Part shown: positions 7,948 to 16,236 of the stretch, one piece after another
Layout of the letters: every line of letters starts with the position of its first letter
Numbering within the stretch: the stretch's first letter is position 1
IMG/VR virus record: IMGVR_UViG_3300036715_000213
Coordinates: 1 to 64,000 of that record
DNA length: 64,000 nucleotides
Strand: one strand, 5' to 3'
Origin: a virus
Notes under the pieces: model-generated
Databases searched by the model: none
The model's input: the letters and a program-made list of their open reading frames with translations, nothing else
Told to the model about the DNA's origin: nothing
Position numbers and translations under genes: made by a program

Positions 7948-7976
7948 AGTCTAACACAAATAATAATAAAAGTAAA
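7948..7976 (-). promoter_or_regulatory. early promoter (TTTACT-N17-TAGACT)
   Basis: Shares TTYACTTTTATT...TGTGTTA with the promoter at 8736-8764. Confidence 0.7.
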
Positions 7977-8168
7977 TCAGCTATTGAGCATCAAGCGATC
8001 GTAGTGCTCCAAGAACTCAATAACATTACGGCACATGGCTTTGAAAGCCTTTAGCTCATATTCGTTCAATTTCATTTCAGAAAGAGACTCAGCTCCTTCC
8101 ATGGCACCAACACAGTCATCCAAATCGCGTTGAGTATTTTCAAAGCGGCAGTAAGACATATTAGACAT
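7977..8168 (-). CDS. conserved phage hypothetical protein
   Basis: Begins MSNMSYCRFENT..DL.DC, a recurrent phage N-terminal motif. Confidence 0.7.
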   Translation of the reverse strand: MSNMSYCRFENTQRDLDDCVGAMEGAESLSEMKLNEYELKAFKAMCRNVIEFLEHYDRLMLNS

Positions 8169-8304
8169 TCTTATCCTTCATTCGGGCATCGTAACCCATT
8201 AAAAATAGTGACACAAGGGTGCTATGAATATCTGGATTCAATGCCACCCATTTAGCAAGTGCTTCTTCACGAGCCCTCAAATACTCGGGAGAGAATTCTT
8301 TCAC
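8161..8304 (-). CDS. small hypothetical protein (47 aa, GTG start; not in the ORF track)
   Basis: MKEFSPEYLRAREEALAKWVALNPDIHSTLVSLFLMGYDARMKDKNV fills the gap exactly and overlaps both neighbours. Confidence 0.6.
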   Translation of the reverse strand: MKEFSPEYLRAREEALAKWVALNPDIHSTLVSLFLMGYDARMKDKNV

Positions 8305-8729
8305 ATGTTCATCTTGTACTCGCATCGTTTGACCTCCTCGATATGCTCTGCCAGCACCATCTTCTCTTCCAACAGATTGCCAATATCTTCAGAAACTTGT
8401 TTTTGTACGGGAGCCTTCTTCATCTGTGCAGCCTCGAGTAGTTGACCCGCATACTTTGCGATGCGCGGCACGCCTTTTGTGTTTGGCTTTTTCCAATACG
8501 CGAGCTGCTTCTCGGACAAGCGGTTAAACTTAGCATAGAAGTTTGCCATTGACGTTCCCATGAACGCGTCTGCAGGGGTGAAGCCGCGACCATTTTGTAC
8601 GCGAGTAGATTGATTAACCTGCTCATCCGCTGTCTGGCGTTCATTGAGAACCAACAAAGCACGAGCGATAGCTTTATCGTTTGTACTGAGAAGCTGGGCA
8701 ATACTGTCTTTGGTAAGTGTTTGCGTCAT
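8301..8729 (-). CDS. conserved phage hypothetical early protein
   Basis: NDKAIARAL..L.ERQTADEQ....T...NGRGF..AD, KYAGQL. Confidence 0.75.
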   Translation of the reverse strand: MTQTLTKDSIAQLLSTNDKAIARALLVLNERQTADEQVNQSTRVQNGRGFTPADAFMGTSMANFYAKFNRLSEKQLAYWKKPNTKGVPRIAKYAGQLLEAAQMKKAPVQKQVSEDIGNLLEEKMVLAEHIEEVKRCEYKMNM

Positions 8730-8735
8730 GATGTT

Positions 8736-8764
8736 ATTATAACACAGAAACGAATAAAAGTGAA
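8736..8764 (-). promoter_or_regulatory. early promoter (TTCACT-N17-TATAAT, with TG extension)
   Basis: The -10 box ends 6 nt before the ATG at 8729. Confidence 0.75.
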
Positions 8765-8773
8765 TTAGGTGAT

Positions 8774-8971
8774 TTAGCGCATTGTCTCTTTGTGGTTCCG
8801 TTGGACTCGCTCAGCAACTAGGTCAGTTGCTTTCTTAAATCCACCACACCATGCTTCCCACATAGCTTGCTTTTTAGTCATTACAGTGTAACGGTTTTCT
8901 TCTGGATGCCAAACGGCATGAAGTTTGTGGAAGCGGACGTTGTACCATTCTTCGAATAGATCTCGTCTCAT
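8774..8971 (-). CDS. hypothetical protein
   Basis: Probable ATG start MRRDLFEEWY at 8971; F.EW...W.AW..G motif. Confidence 0.6.
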   Translation of the reverse strand: MRRDLFEEWYNVRFHKLHAVWHPEENRYTVMTKKQAMWEAWCGGFKKATDLVAERVQRNHKETMR

Positions 8972-9015
8972 TCTTTTTCGCAATCAAAAATTTCAGTTCC
9001 AGAACACCATCCCAT
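8968..9015 (-). pseudogene. 15-codon remnant MGWCSGTEIFDCEKE*
   Basis: Has a GGAG SD and ATG, and its stop is coupled to the next ATG; looks like an internally deleted gene. Confidence 0.45.
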
Positions 9016-9018
9016 TAT

Positions 9019-10722
9019 TTACTCCACGATGCTATAAACCGAGAAGTCGTTTGGCTTCTCTACATGTATGACGCGGTCATATGCCTCAGTGCTTGCATCA
9101 GCATGGCTGATAACAATCACATTCGAATCTGGGATACTAACTAGCATATCGTTAAACGCAGAACGAGCGTCCAAGTCAAAAGCGCCGTCAACAATTTCAT
9201 CCAGAATTAATACGTTAGTCTTTGCGCTGTTCTTTAGTGCAGCTAGTTGACGGAATGCCATCAGGATAGCAAAGTCGATACGGCGTTTTTCACCTTCGCT
9301 GAAACTGCTATAGGAGAACACATCGCGTCCACGACTCTTGATAACTTCGTTAAAACTTTCATCCAGAGTAAAGTCCACAAAGAAATCAAACATCGCCAGG
9401 TACTTGTTAATCAGCTGATTCATAACTGGTAGGTATTCTTTTACAACCGCAGTCTTAATACCAGTGTCCTTTAGCAATTGAGCAGCAACATCCTGCAGGT
9501 GTTTCTCTTCGGACAGTTCGCCTCTACGTGCTATGATTTTCAAAGCATGTTCGCCAATTGTCTTTAGCTTCTCTTGCTCTGCTTCCACGTCATTGGTGTT
9601 TAACATGATGGATTTAATAGCATCATCAATATTTGCTATCTGTTTCTCGACTGCCTTAGCATCGCGTTGCGCTATCAGCAACAGACCCGATATGCGCTTG
9701 TGTTCTTCTAGGTACTCATACAGCACGGAACGTTCAGTTTCCAATGTTACCTTTTGGGCTTCGAGAATTACGAGGTCTAAACGATGATCCGCAATTTCTT
9801 GCTTTATCGACTCGCCGACATTGTGAACATGGTCATCAGTAACTGCCTGCATACATGTCGGACATTCATCCATTGTATGCAAAGACTTAACACGAGTATC
9901 AAGTGTATTGATACGGCGCGTCTTTGCACTGGCATTAGTACAAACAGATTCGTATTTGTCAGTATCAAAGTCTGGCTCAACTAACTGATTCAGTTCATCC
10001 TCAAGCTCGTTACGTGCGCTACTGTGTGCTGCTAAATCTAATAGCAACTGAACACGTTGTGACTCATACTCAGCGATACGTGACTTAGTGTTATCTTGCA
10101 TCACACCAATCAATCTCTTTTGTGCAACTGCTTCAGTCTTTTTCAGTTCCAAGCGATGTTCGATTGTCTTAGACTCTTCGCGAGTTGCTGCAATACGGTC
10201 CTTGAGTACAGTGTTCATACGACTAAAGACTTCAATGTCCAAAATGCTTTCCACTAACTCGCGGCGTTGTGCTGCATTAAGTTGCATGAATGGAATGTAG
10301 GAAGCGGAACCCAATACAGCGATTTGCTTAAACGTGCGCTCGCTTACCTTCAGGATCTGCGATTCCAAAATGTCTTGGTAATCGCGGGCGGCTGCACTTT
10401 GTTCAACCAAGACACCGTCACGGTAGATATCAAACACGGATGGTTTCATTCCACGAACAACTTGGTACTCAATAGGTCCAATGCTGAAGAAGATCTCGAC
10501 CAGCATACCAGTCCGGTTAATAGAATTGATTAACTGCGGCTTACTAATATCGCGATACGGCTTGCCATACAGCGCGTACAGGATCAAATCCATTAGAGCT
10601 GATTTGCCATGACCGTTCTTGCCACGAACCAATGTCGCTTTGTGTGTGTTTAGATCAAACTCCGTTACTGAGTTCCCATAACTCAGGAAGTTCTTACATG
10701 TTACTTTCTTGATTAAAATCAT
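9019..10722 (-). CDS. gp46: recombination endonuclease ATPase subunit (Rad50/SbcC-like)
   Basis: KNFLSYGN, GKNGHGKS, CPTC zinc hook, FSEGEK.RID, LILDE. Confidence 0.97.
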   Translation of the reverse strand: MILIKKVTCKNFLSYGNSVTEFDLNTHKATLVRGKNGHGKSALMDLILYALYGKPYRDISKPQLINSINRTGMLVEIFFSIGPIEYQVVRGMKPSVFDIYRDGVLVEQSAAARDYQDILESQILKVSERTFKQIAVLGSASYIPFMQLNAAQRRELVESILDIEVFSRMNTVLKDRIAATREESKTIEHRLELKKTEAVAQKRLIGVMQDNTKSRIAEYESQRVQLLLDLAAHSSARNELEDELNQLVEPDFDTDKYESVCTNASAKTRRINTLDTRVKSLHTMDECPTCMQAVTDDHVHNVGESIKQEIADHRLDLVILEAQKVTLETERSVLYEYLEEHKRISGLLLIAQRDAKAVEKQIANIDDAIKSIMLNTNDVEAEQEKLKTIGEHALKIIARRGELSEEKHLQDVAAQLLKDTGIKTAVVKEYLPVMNQLINKYLAMFDFFVDFTLDESFNEVIKSRGRDVFSYSSFSEGEKRRIDFAILMAFRQLAALKNSAKTNVLILDEIVDGAFDLDARSAFNDMLVSIPDSNVIVISHADASTEAYDRVIHVEKPNDFSVYSIVE

Positions 10723-11777
10723 TCGGATAGAGATTCTATATAGAGACCACTCATGTAGTCTTTTAGGCGTTGTTTATCAACGGACGTTTCCAAGGCATCA
10801 ATGTATTGATGAATAATACTTTGCGCATTCTCAATGTGAATTGTCCCATCCACATCAACACTATGCAAGTCTTGGAAGTTTTCAATAATGTTTAGATCAT
10901 AGGGCTGTACTAGTTTAACACTGTCTATGAAGCGATCAAAATTATATAGGTCAGTCTTCTTCTCGACTACCAGTTTTACCGCTTTGCCGCGCAACGTTTC
11001 AATATCCCCATTCCAACCTTCGTTATAGACGATACGGTCAAACATGGTATTAGGATTAGGAATAAATTCAAGTTCACGAGTCTCTGTATCAAAGACGTGG
11101 AATCCTCTTGGATCGTGCATGTCAGCGAATGTGATTTCATATGGTGTTCCAACGTAACGGATTCGGTGATACTCGTCATAGCTTCTAGTGTGGTAGTGAC
11201 CGCTGAGTGTCATCTCAAAGTTTCCAAATAGTGAACGTGGCAGACCACCATGTCCAGCAACGCCGCGCATCATTTCGAATCCATCAATCTCAAAGTGGCC
11301 GCATACAATGTCAACAGAAGCTATATGAGGATTGTTAAAGAAGTTGAATGTTTCTTCCTTGTTGTCATCACATATCCATGGAATCATAGCAAACTGGGTA
11401 TTGTCCAGTTCCAAGATTGTTGGATGGTTAATGATAGTGATGTTATCTTTGTATTCGTTTGCAAGTAGCAACTCTGGAGTGTTTACCTTTAGTGTACTCT
11501 TGTAAAGGATATCGTGGTTTCCCAGCAACGTAGTCATATGGATTCCATGTTCCTTTAATGGATCAAACCAAACAGATTTACACGCATGGAATGCTTTGAT
11601 GCTTAATGCTGTTCTGTTATCAAACAAATCACCAAGCTGGAAGATTTCCTTGATGTTATGCTCTACCAAATACGGGTAAAAGACTTCCCGGAAGAACTTG
11701 TTAAAAAAATGGCTGTAATGCCCCGACGCATTGCGAGCACCCAAGTGAGTGTCGCCCAAAACAGCAATAAGAGCCAT
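10719..11777 (-). CDS. gp47: recombination endonuclease nuclease subunit (Mre11/SbcD-like)
   Basis: GDTHLG, LGDLFD, GNHD, GHFE, SGHYH. Confidence 0.97.
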   Translation of the reverse strand: MALIAVLGDTHLGARNASGHYSHFFNKFFREVFYPYLVEHNIKEIFQLGDLFDNRTALSIKAFHACKSVWFDPLKEHGIHMTTLLGNHDILYKSTLKVNTPELLLANEYKDNITIINHPTILELDNTQFAMIPWICDDNKEETFNFFNNPHIASVDIVCGHFEIDGFEMMRGVAGHGGLPRSLFGNFEMTLSGHYHTRSYDEYHRIRYVGTPYEITFADMHDPRGFHVFDTETRELEFIPNPNTMFDRIVYNEGWNGDIETLRGKAVKLVVEKKTDLYNFDRFIDSVKLVQPYDLNIIENFQDLHSVDVDGTIHIENAQSIIHQYIDALETSVDKQRLKDYMSGLYIESLSE

Positions 11778-11811
11778 AATTAAAAATCCTTTTTACTAAA
11801 TGGGATAAAAA

Positions 11812-12321
11812 TCATTCCATAAATCCTTCTAATGGACTAACTGGATCCGGCTTCTTCTCTTTTACTTTTGGTAAATCGTCTTCACCTAAGCCTTGGATGA
11901 ACTCGTTAATCTGTACAGTAAATTCCCCATCCTCATCTTGGCCTTGTAGTGAGAATGTATCGAATCCAGCACTGCTAACCAATGCACGTTTAATCTTACC
12001 CTGTTTCTTTTCCGCTGTAATTCTCCCAATAAAGCTATACCAGCACGTGGTAGTAAAGTAGCCGAACGGCGATTTGGAACGTTCCGGGTCAAACGACTTA
12101 ACATATTTCAAGCATGTCTCAATCGCATCGCCAATCATTTCATCGCGCCAACTATAACCCGAGAAGTTGGGTCTCTTGGCTAATCCCTCGGCGATCTTAA
12201 TAATGCAGTAGCCGATGTACTCCGGAACTTGGGGTGTTTCGTCAGGATTTGCATCGCAGAGCTTGCGATATTCAACTAACGCTTCGTAAAATTGTGTGTT
12301 ATCAATGTAGTGGGTTGCCAT
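11812..12321 (-). CDS. gp55: late-transcription sigma factor
   Basis: HYIDN..F, YIG.CI.KIAEGL..RPNF.GYS.RDEMI.D.IE.C..Y...FDP..S.SPF.YFT. Confidence 0.96.
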   Translation of the reverse strand: MATHYIDNTQFYEALVEYRKLCDANPDETPQVPEYIGYCIIKIAEGLAKRPNFSGYSWRDEMIGDAIETCLKYVKSFDPERSKSPFGYFTTTCWYSFIGRITAEKKQGKIKRALVSSAGFDTFSLQGQDEDGEFTVQINEFIQGLGEDDLPKVKEKKPDPVSPLEGFME

Positions 12322-12381
12322 AATCTCTCCTTGACTAATGGTAACATGAACATTACGAAATCAAAATAATGTGAAGATTAT

Positions 12382-12410
12382 TTGACCATACGGAAAAGTA
12401 TTGCTATAAT
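12382..12410 (+). promoter_or_regulatory. near-consensus sigma70 promoter on the + (antisense) strand
   Basis: TTGACC-N17-TATAAT with a TG extended -10. Confidence 0.6.
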
Positions 12411-12436
12411 TACTCTGTAGTGTTTAAGGATAGCAA

Positions 12437-12829
12437 CTATTGTAATGTTTGATGTGTCTCAAATGTAAAGACATCAGTTGATGGTTCTTCTAAAGTTTGA
12501 TTCATAGCTGATGGAATCTCCAGCTTATTCACTAATTTGACATACATCCGATGAGCATCAGGATGCATTGGTGACAATACCATAATAGACGTAGTCGGTA
12601 TAAAGAAGAGACGAGTCTTAGAGAATGGCATCCAGGACTGACTATTTATCTCATTACGCATTCCATTTTCATCCATAATAGGAATAGTTCGAACTAGAAC
12701 TGGACTTTCAACAATGATTCCATGCTCACGTTCGTCAACAAGAGTCACCATCAATTCCTCACCTGTGGTAAGTTTCATCGTATAAAGCAGTTGATTTGCT
12801 TGAGGAACTGATTCTAAGTTTTCGGTCAT
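12437..12829 (-). CDS. conserved hypothetical (Sm-like) protein downstream of uvsW
   Basis: KLTTGEEL, P.L, WMPFS motifs; ATGA overlap with the uvsW stop. Confidence 0.75.
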   Translation of the reverse strand: MTENLESVPQANQLLYTMKLTTGEELMVTLVDEREHGIIVESPVLVRTIPIMDENGMRNEINSQSWMPFSKTRLFFIPTTSIMVLSPMHPDAHRMYVKLVNKLEIPSAMNQTLEEPSTDVFTFETHQTLQ

Positions 12830-14172
12830 GTTATTGTTAGTTTTCTGAGTGTCCATGAAAAACTTTCCTTCTCATAGATGCTGATACGATCTTCTAAGTG
12901 ATTTTGTGTTGTATTCTTGAACGACTTCCAGCTAAGGTCATCAGCGATGTCGTACAATACGCACTTCTCCTTTCCCTTGTTCAAACGTAGTCCACGGCCG
13001 ATAGATTGACGAATGCGAATTGTTGATTTGCTTGGAATAGCAAAAATTATATTCCTGATGCTCGGTATGTTGACACCAGTAGACATTAGCGCGCTATTAG
13101 CAACAACAATTGCATCCGTCTCCGTACTTAGTATGTTACGAATACGTTCGCGTTCTTCAACGTCCACGCCACCGTGGATAAAGTAAACTTTCCGGTCAGT
13201 AATTTCCCGTATCATTTTCTCAATAATAGCGCCGTGACGATCCACGAAGTTGAACAGCACTAGAGTGTTACCCTTAACAACTGATGCTAGTTTTGCAATG
13301 AAACGATTCCGTGGTTCGTATGCAACCAAGAAAGCAATCTCCTCTTGGTATGTCATTCCCTTATAGGCTTTCCGTATGTGCTCTGGGTACTGTAACACTG
13401 TACAATTAATGTCCAATTGTGACACCTGTCCGTTGTCCATTAGTTCCTTAGTGGAAATAACTTTGTAGATTGGACCCATTAGTCCTTGTAAAACAAGTGC
13501 GTTAATCTTTGCATCGTCAATCGTACCCGTTGTTCCAATACGATACTTGGTAAGGATAAAACGTTCCATAACACTCGAAGCAATACCTGATTTTTGTGTG
13601 TGACAATTTGAAACCATTACACCATTAGCAAAATAATTATGATTATCTTTCACATGTAAATTATATGTATCTTCGTCATTGTTTATCAATTGTATTTCAC
13701 TAATACCAGACCACTCTACAAAATCTTCATACCAATAGCCAAGCTCGCGACGCGTTTTACCTAACATAGTTTTTGGTATTTTATTTTTACTTGCGTTAAT
13801 AGATTGACAAGTTATAATTTTTTGTGAATTTTTGCACCATTGTGCTTCACGTCCAATTAGACTTGTAAAAACTCCCGAAGGAGTATGGTATAATCCCTTA
13901 CATTGTATCGGGTACCATTCTTGCGATCCCCAATATTGCTTATCTACAATGTTTATAGTTTTTGTTTCATTAGAGTATCTATATTTTACTGTTAATTTTT
14001 CTTTTCTGTTAGTAGTAAGATCACTTCGATTATAAAAATCTTCCTTGGATACTGTTTCAACTAAGCCGCTAGCGTTTCTAGCTCTAACTTTATTTTTTTG
14101 TGCTATACTCATATTCAATCTCATTTTAGATGAGTCATAATTTAACCATCTAATTCTATTGTTCTTTACCAT
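12826..14172 (-). CDS. uvsW: UvsW C-terminal part: endonuclease remnant + C-intein + helicase C-extein
   Basis: TYNLHVKDNHNYFANGVMVSN|CH, then GTTGT, STGVNIP, QSIGRGLR (SF2 motifs III-VI). Confidence 0.9.
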   Translation of the reverse strand: MVKNNRIRWLNYDSSKMRLNMSIAQKNKVRARNASGLVETVSKEDFYNRSDLTTNRKEKLTVKYRYSNETKTINIVDKQYWGSQEWYPIQCKGLYHTPSGVFTSLIGREAQWCKNSQKIITCQSINASKNKIPKTMLGKTRRELGYWYEDFVEWSGISEIQLINNDEDTYNLHVKDNHNYFANGVMVSNCHTQKSGIASSVMERFILTKYRIGTTGTIDDAKINALVLQGLMGPIYKVISTKELMDNGQVSQLDINCTVLQYPEHIRKAYKGMTYQEEIAFLVAYEPRNRFIAKLASVVKGNTLVLFNFVDRHGAIIEKMIREITDRKVYFIHGGVDVEERERIRNILSTETDAIVVANSALMSTGVNIPSIRNIIFAIPSKSTIRIRQSIGRGLRLNKGKEKCVLYDIADDLSWKSFKNTTQNHLEDRISIYEKESFSWTLRKLTIT

Positions 14173-14460
14173 GCTTTATGATATACGAATTTTTGAATTA
14201 ATAGTTAATTCGTCTACTCTTACCCATCCACTAGCAGTCATAATTTTATGATTTCCAGTTACTTCAAGAAATTTTCCATTTTTTAATTTGATTTTATATT
14301 TCTGTTCTGTAGAAATATTTTTGTGAAGTTTTATGACTGGTTTGTACTCAACATTTAATGTAGTTTCATTAATTGTTTTTACCATATCTCCGACATTTAT
14401 TTCTTTAATTTTCTTGAAAATATTATTTTCCAATTCAATTAAAGAATCACCAGCCAAACA
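13606..14460 (-). mobile_element. intein in the UvsW DE|CH motif, interrupted by in-frame TAA at 14176-14178
   Basis: Block A CLAGDS, block B VTGNHKI, block F/G YNLHV..NYFANG.MVSN, +1 Cys; visibly more AT-rich than its flanks. Confidence 0.92.
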
Positions 14461-15186
14461 CTCATCCCAGATACCAACTTCAGTACGCTTTACGATTTCG
14501 TCGAACTTCTTTGGGTCGTTTTTCATCATAGATGCTAGCGATTGCCATGTGCTAATTACGACTGACTTTTCAAAGACACGTTCCTTGCCACTATACAGAG
14601 TGCTACAATGTTCTTCAGCATTCCATCCATTTTCACTGCTGTAATCTTCAAAGTCGCTAAACAATTGTTCCACTAGCATTGTAGTGGGTACAACAATCAT
14701 TAGCTTACGTCCATGCTCAATGTGCCAGCGAATGATACACATAATAATCATTGACTTACCGGAAGCTGTTGGGCTTAGCAATAGCTGGCGCTCATTGGAG
14801 ATTGCTTGCCAGACAGCTTCATATTGGTACTCGCGAATGTCTAACTTGTCACCGCGTCCATGTAGATCTAAACTGTCAACAAAATCCTTTGCCTTCTCAT
14901 AAGTTACTTCCAGAGCATTGGAGTTCTTTAAAGATTTGTCGATGAAAAGCTCGTAGTCACGGTTCTTGGCAAACTTGATTATCTCATGGATAAGACCTTT
15001 GTACAGTTGCTTGTTCCGCATGTTGAACAAACGAATCTTCCCGTCCCACATTTTGTTCTTGTAGGAAGGCATGAATCGATATCCCGGAGCCATGAACGTA
15101 AAATACTCGCTGATTTCTTGTTCAATGCCGTAGTCATCCGTCTCAATACGGATGTAGGTTTCGTTACATGGGATAACTTTTATCAT
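14176..15186 (-). CDS. uvsW: UvsW N-terminal part + 94-aa N-intein
   Basis: WDGKIRLF, REYQ, SPTASGKS, STWQS, GIWDE|CLAGD. Confidence 0.92.
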   Translation of the reverse strand: MIKVIPCNETYIRIETDDYGIEQEISEYFTFMAPGYRFMPSYKNKMWDGKIRLFNMRNKQLYKGLIHEIIKFAKNRDYELFIDKSLKNSNALEVTYEKAKDFVDSLDLHGRGDKLDIREYQYEAVWQAISNERQLLLSPTASGKSMIIMCIIRWHIEHGRKLMIVVPTTMLVEQLFSDFEDYSSENGWNAEEHCSTLYSGKERVFEKSVVISTWQSLASMMKNDPKKFDEIVKRTEVGIWDECLAGDSLIELENNIFKKIKEINVGDMVKTINETTLNVEYKPVIKLHKNISTEQKYKIKLKNGKFLEVTGNHKIMTASGWVRVDELTINSKIRIS

Positions 15187-15617
15187 GCGCCTGCTCTAAA
15201 TTTAGTCCAATCGATAGCTGCCCGAATTGACCAGTTACGGTTTTTAATTTCACTCAACACACTCTCAAGAAAATAGATTGTAGTTTTCATGTAAGATTCG
15301 CGAGCCATGAACTTCTGATACTCAGCATCCGCATCAATCAGTTCCGGAATGTCGCTCTTGAGTGTCCGGTATTGCCATTGTGTCCAACCACGATCAGTTA
15401 GTTCTTCCTTGGTCATTTCGCCGCGAAAATACTTTCCCTTGACTGCCTTTAGTTCAGCAATCTCATGAGTAATTTTTGTGTGCTTTAGTTTGGCTGTAAT
15501 CAACTCGTCCAGATACTTTGCGTGAAGCATTGGCGTGGATATTGCTGCGTTACCCAAGTCATCTTTGATGACGCAGTCGTTAGCCCATGATAGTTTCAGT
15601 TCATCAAGTGTCGCCAT
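15183..15617 (-). CDS. uvsY: recombination mediator
   Basis: W..D..I, LHAKYL, I.NR.W.IR.AIDW.KF.AG. Confidence 0.93.
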   Translation of the reverse strand: MATLDELKLSWANDCVIKDDLGNAAISTPMLHAKYLDELITAKLKHTKITHEIAELKAVKGKYFRGEMTKEELTDRGWTQWQYRTLKSDIPELIDADAEYQKFMARESYMKTTIYFLESVLSEIKNRNWSIRAAIDWTKFRAGA

Positions 15618-15638
15618 AATATAGAGTTCCTAAAAATG

Positions 15639-15646
15639 TATTTATG
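15639..15646 (-). promoter_or_regulatory. late promoter CATAAATA (uvsY-uvsW)
   Basis: Consensus match overlapping the gp3 stop. Confidence 0.55.
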
Positions 15647-16175
15647 ATACTGAATAATAGGAGTAGGAAATAGTTAGAGTTGCAACAAGGTACTGAACAT
15701 CGCTATTGTTAGCTTGGAATGTTAGTCCAGTTAGCGATACTGGGAACGCATCTGTAAAGGTAAAACGTTTCAGCGGCTTGTTATCGCTATCTAAGATAGT
15801 CAGTGAACAATCAGAAACAGCTTTGCTATTTTCACTGTAACCTTGTGCGTTGCGTTCTGCAGAAATCAATTCACGATACCATTTGTGTCCTTCGGGAAAT
15901 CCAAGTCCAATCATCCAATCGTGAATAGCAAGATAGTTTGCCATCTTTTCGTCCACTAGGAACTGGATAGTCAGGTCATCAAAGTCAAGTGCTTCGCCGG
16001 GCATGTTAAAGTCATGTACACTGTTTGCCATGACTGCTTTACCTAAAGTAATACCCGGCAATGGAGCCTCTTGGACAAAGTAAGTTAGCTCCGGGTATTT
16101 CTGAATCGAGAACAGAAACCCATTTGGATTTAAAGCACTGATATTATCAGGAACTGGGCATGTAAGAATTGGAAT
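15642..16175 (-). CDS. gp3: tail tube terminator / completion protein, probable ATT start
   Basis: Conserved N-terminus CPVPDN...LNPNGF.F.I.K.PEL.YF.Q...LPGI.LG extends upstream of the TTG in the ORF track; F.VDE...NY...HDW, DAFP.SL. Confidence 0.88.
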   Translation of the reverse strand: MPILTCPVPDNISALNPNGFLFSIQKYPELTYFVQEAPLPGITLGKAVMANSVHDFNMPGEALDFDDLTIQFLVDEKMANYLAIHDWMIGLGFPEGHKWYRELISAERNAQGYSENSKAVSDCSLTILDSDNKPLKRFTFTDAFPVSLTGLTFQANNSDVQYLVATLTISYSYYSVS

Positions 16176-16236
16176 TTTAGTTCTCCTTTAATTTACAATT
16201 ATCAGTAAGGTTTGTTTCTAACATACGCATACAATA
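16176..16236 (-). pseudogene. collapsed GIY-YIG-like homing endonuclease remnant
   Basis: Reads LYAYVRNKPY (cf. YAYLR..G.PYYIG) and, in another frame, DNCKLKEN*; carries the AAGGAG SD of gp3. Confidence 0.45.

Noticed and set aside
104-14178. Genome-wide TAA reassignment suggested by the in-frame TAAs in dexA and uvsW
   Set aside because: TAA cleanly ends many conserved genes at their expected C-termini (gp23, gp45, gp18, gp19, regA), and no suppressor tRNA is present in the window.
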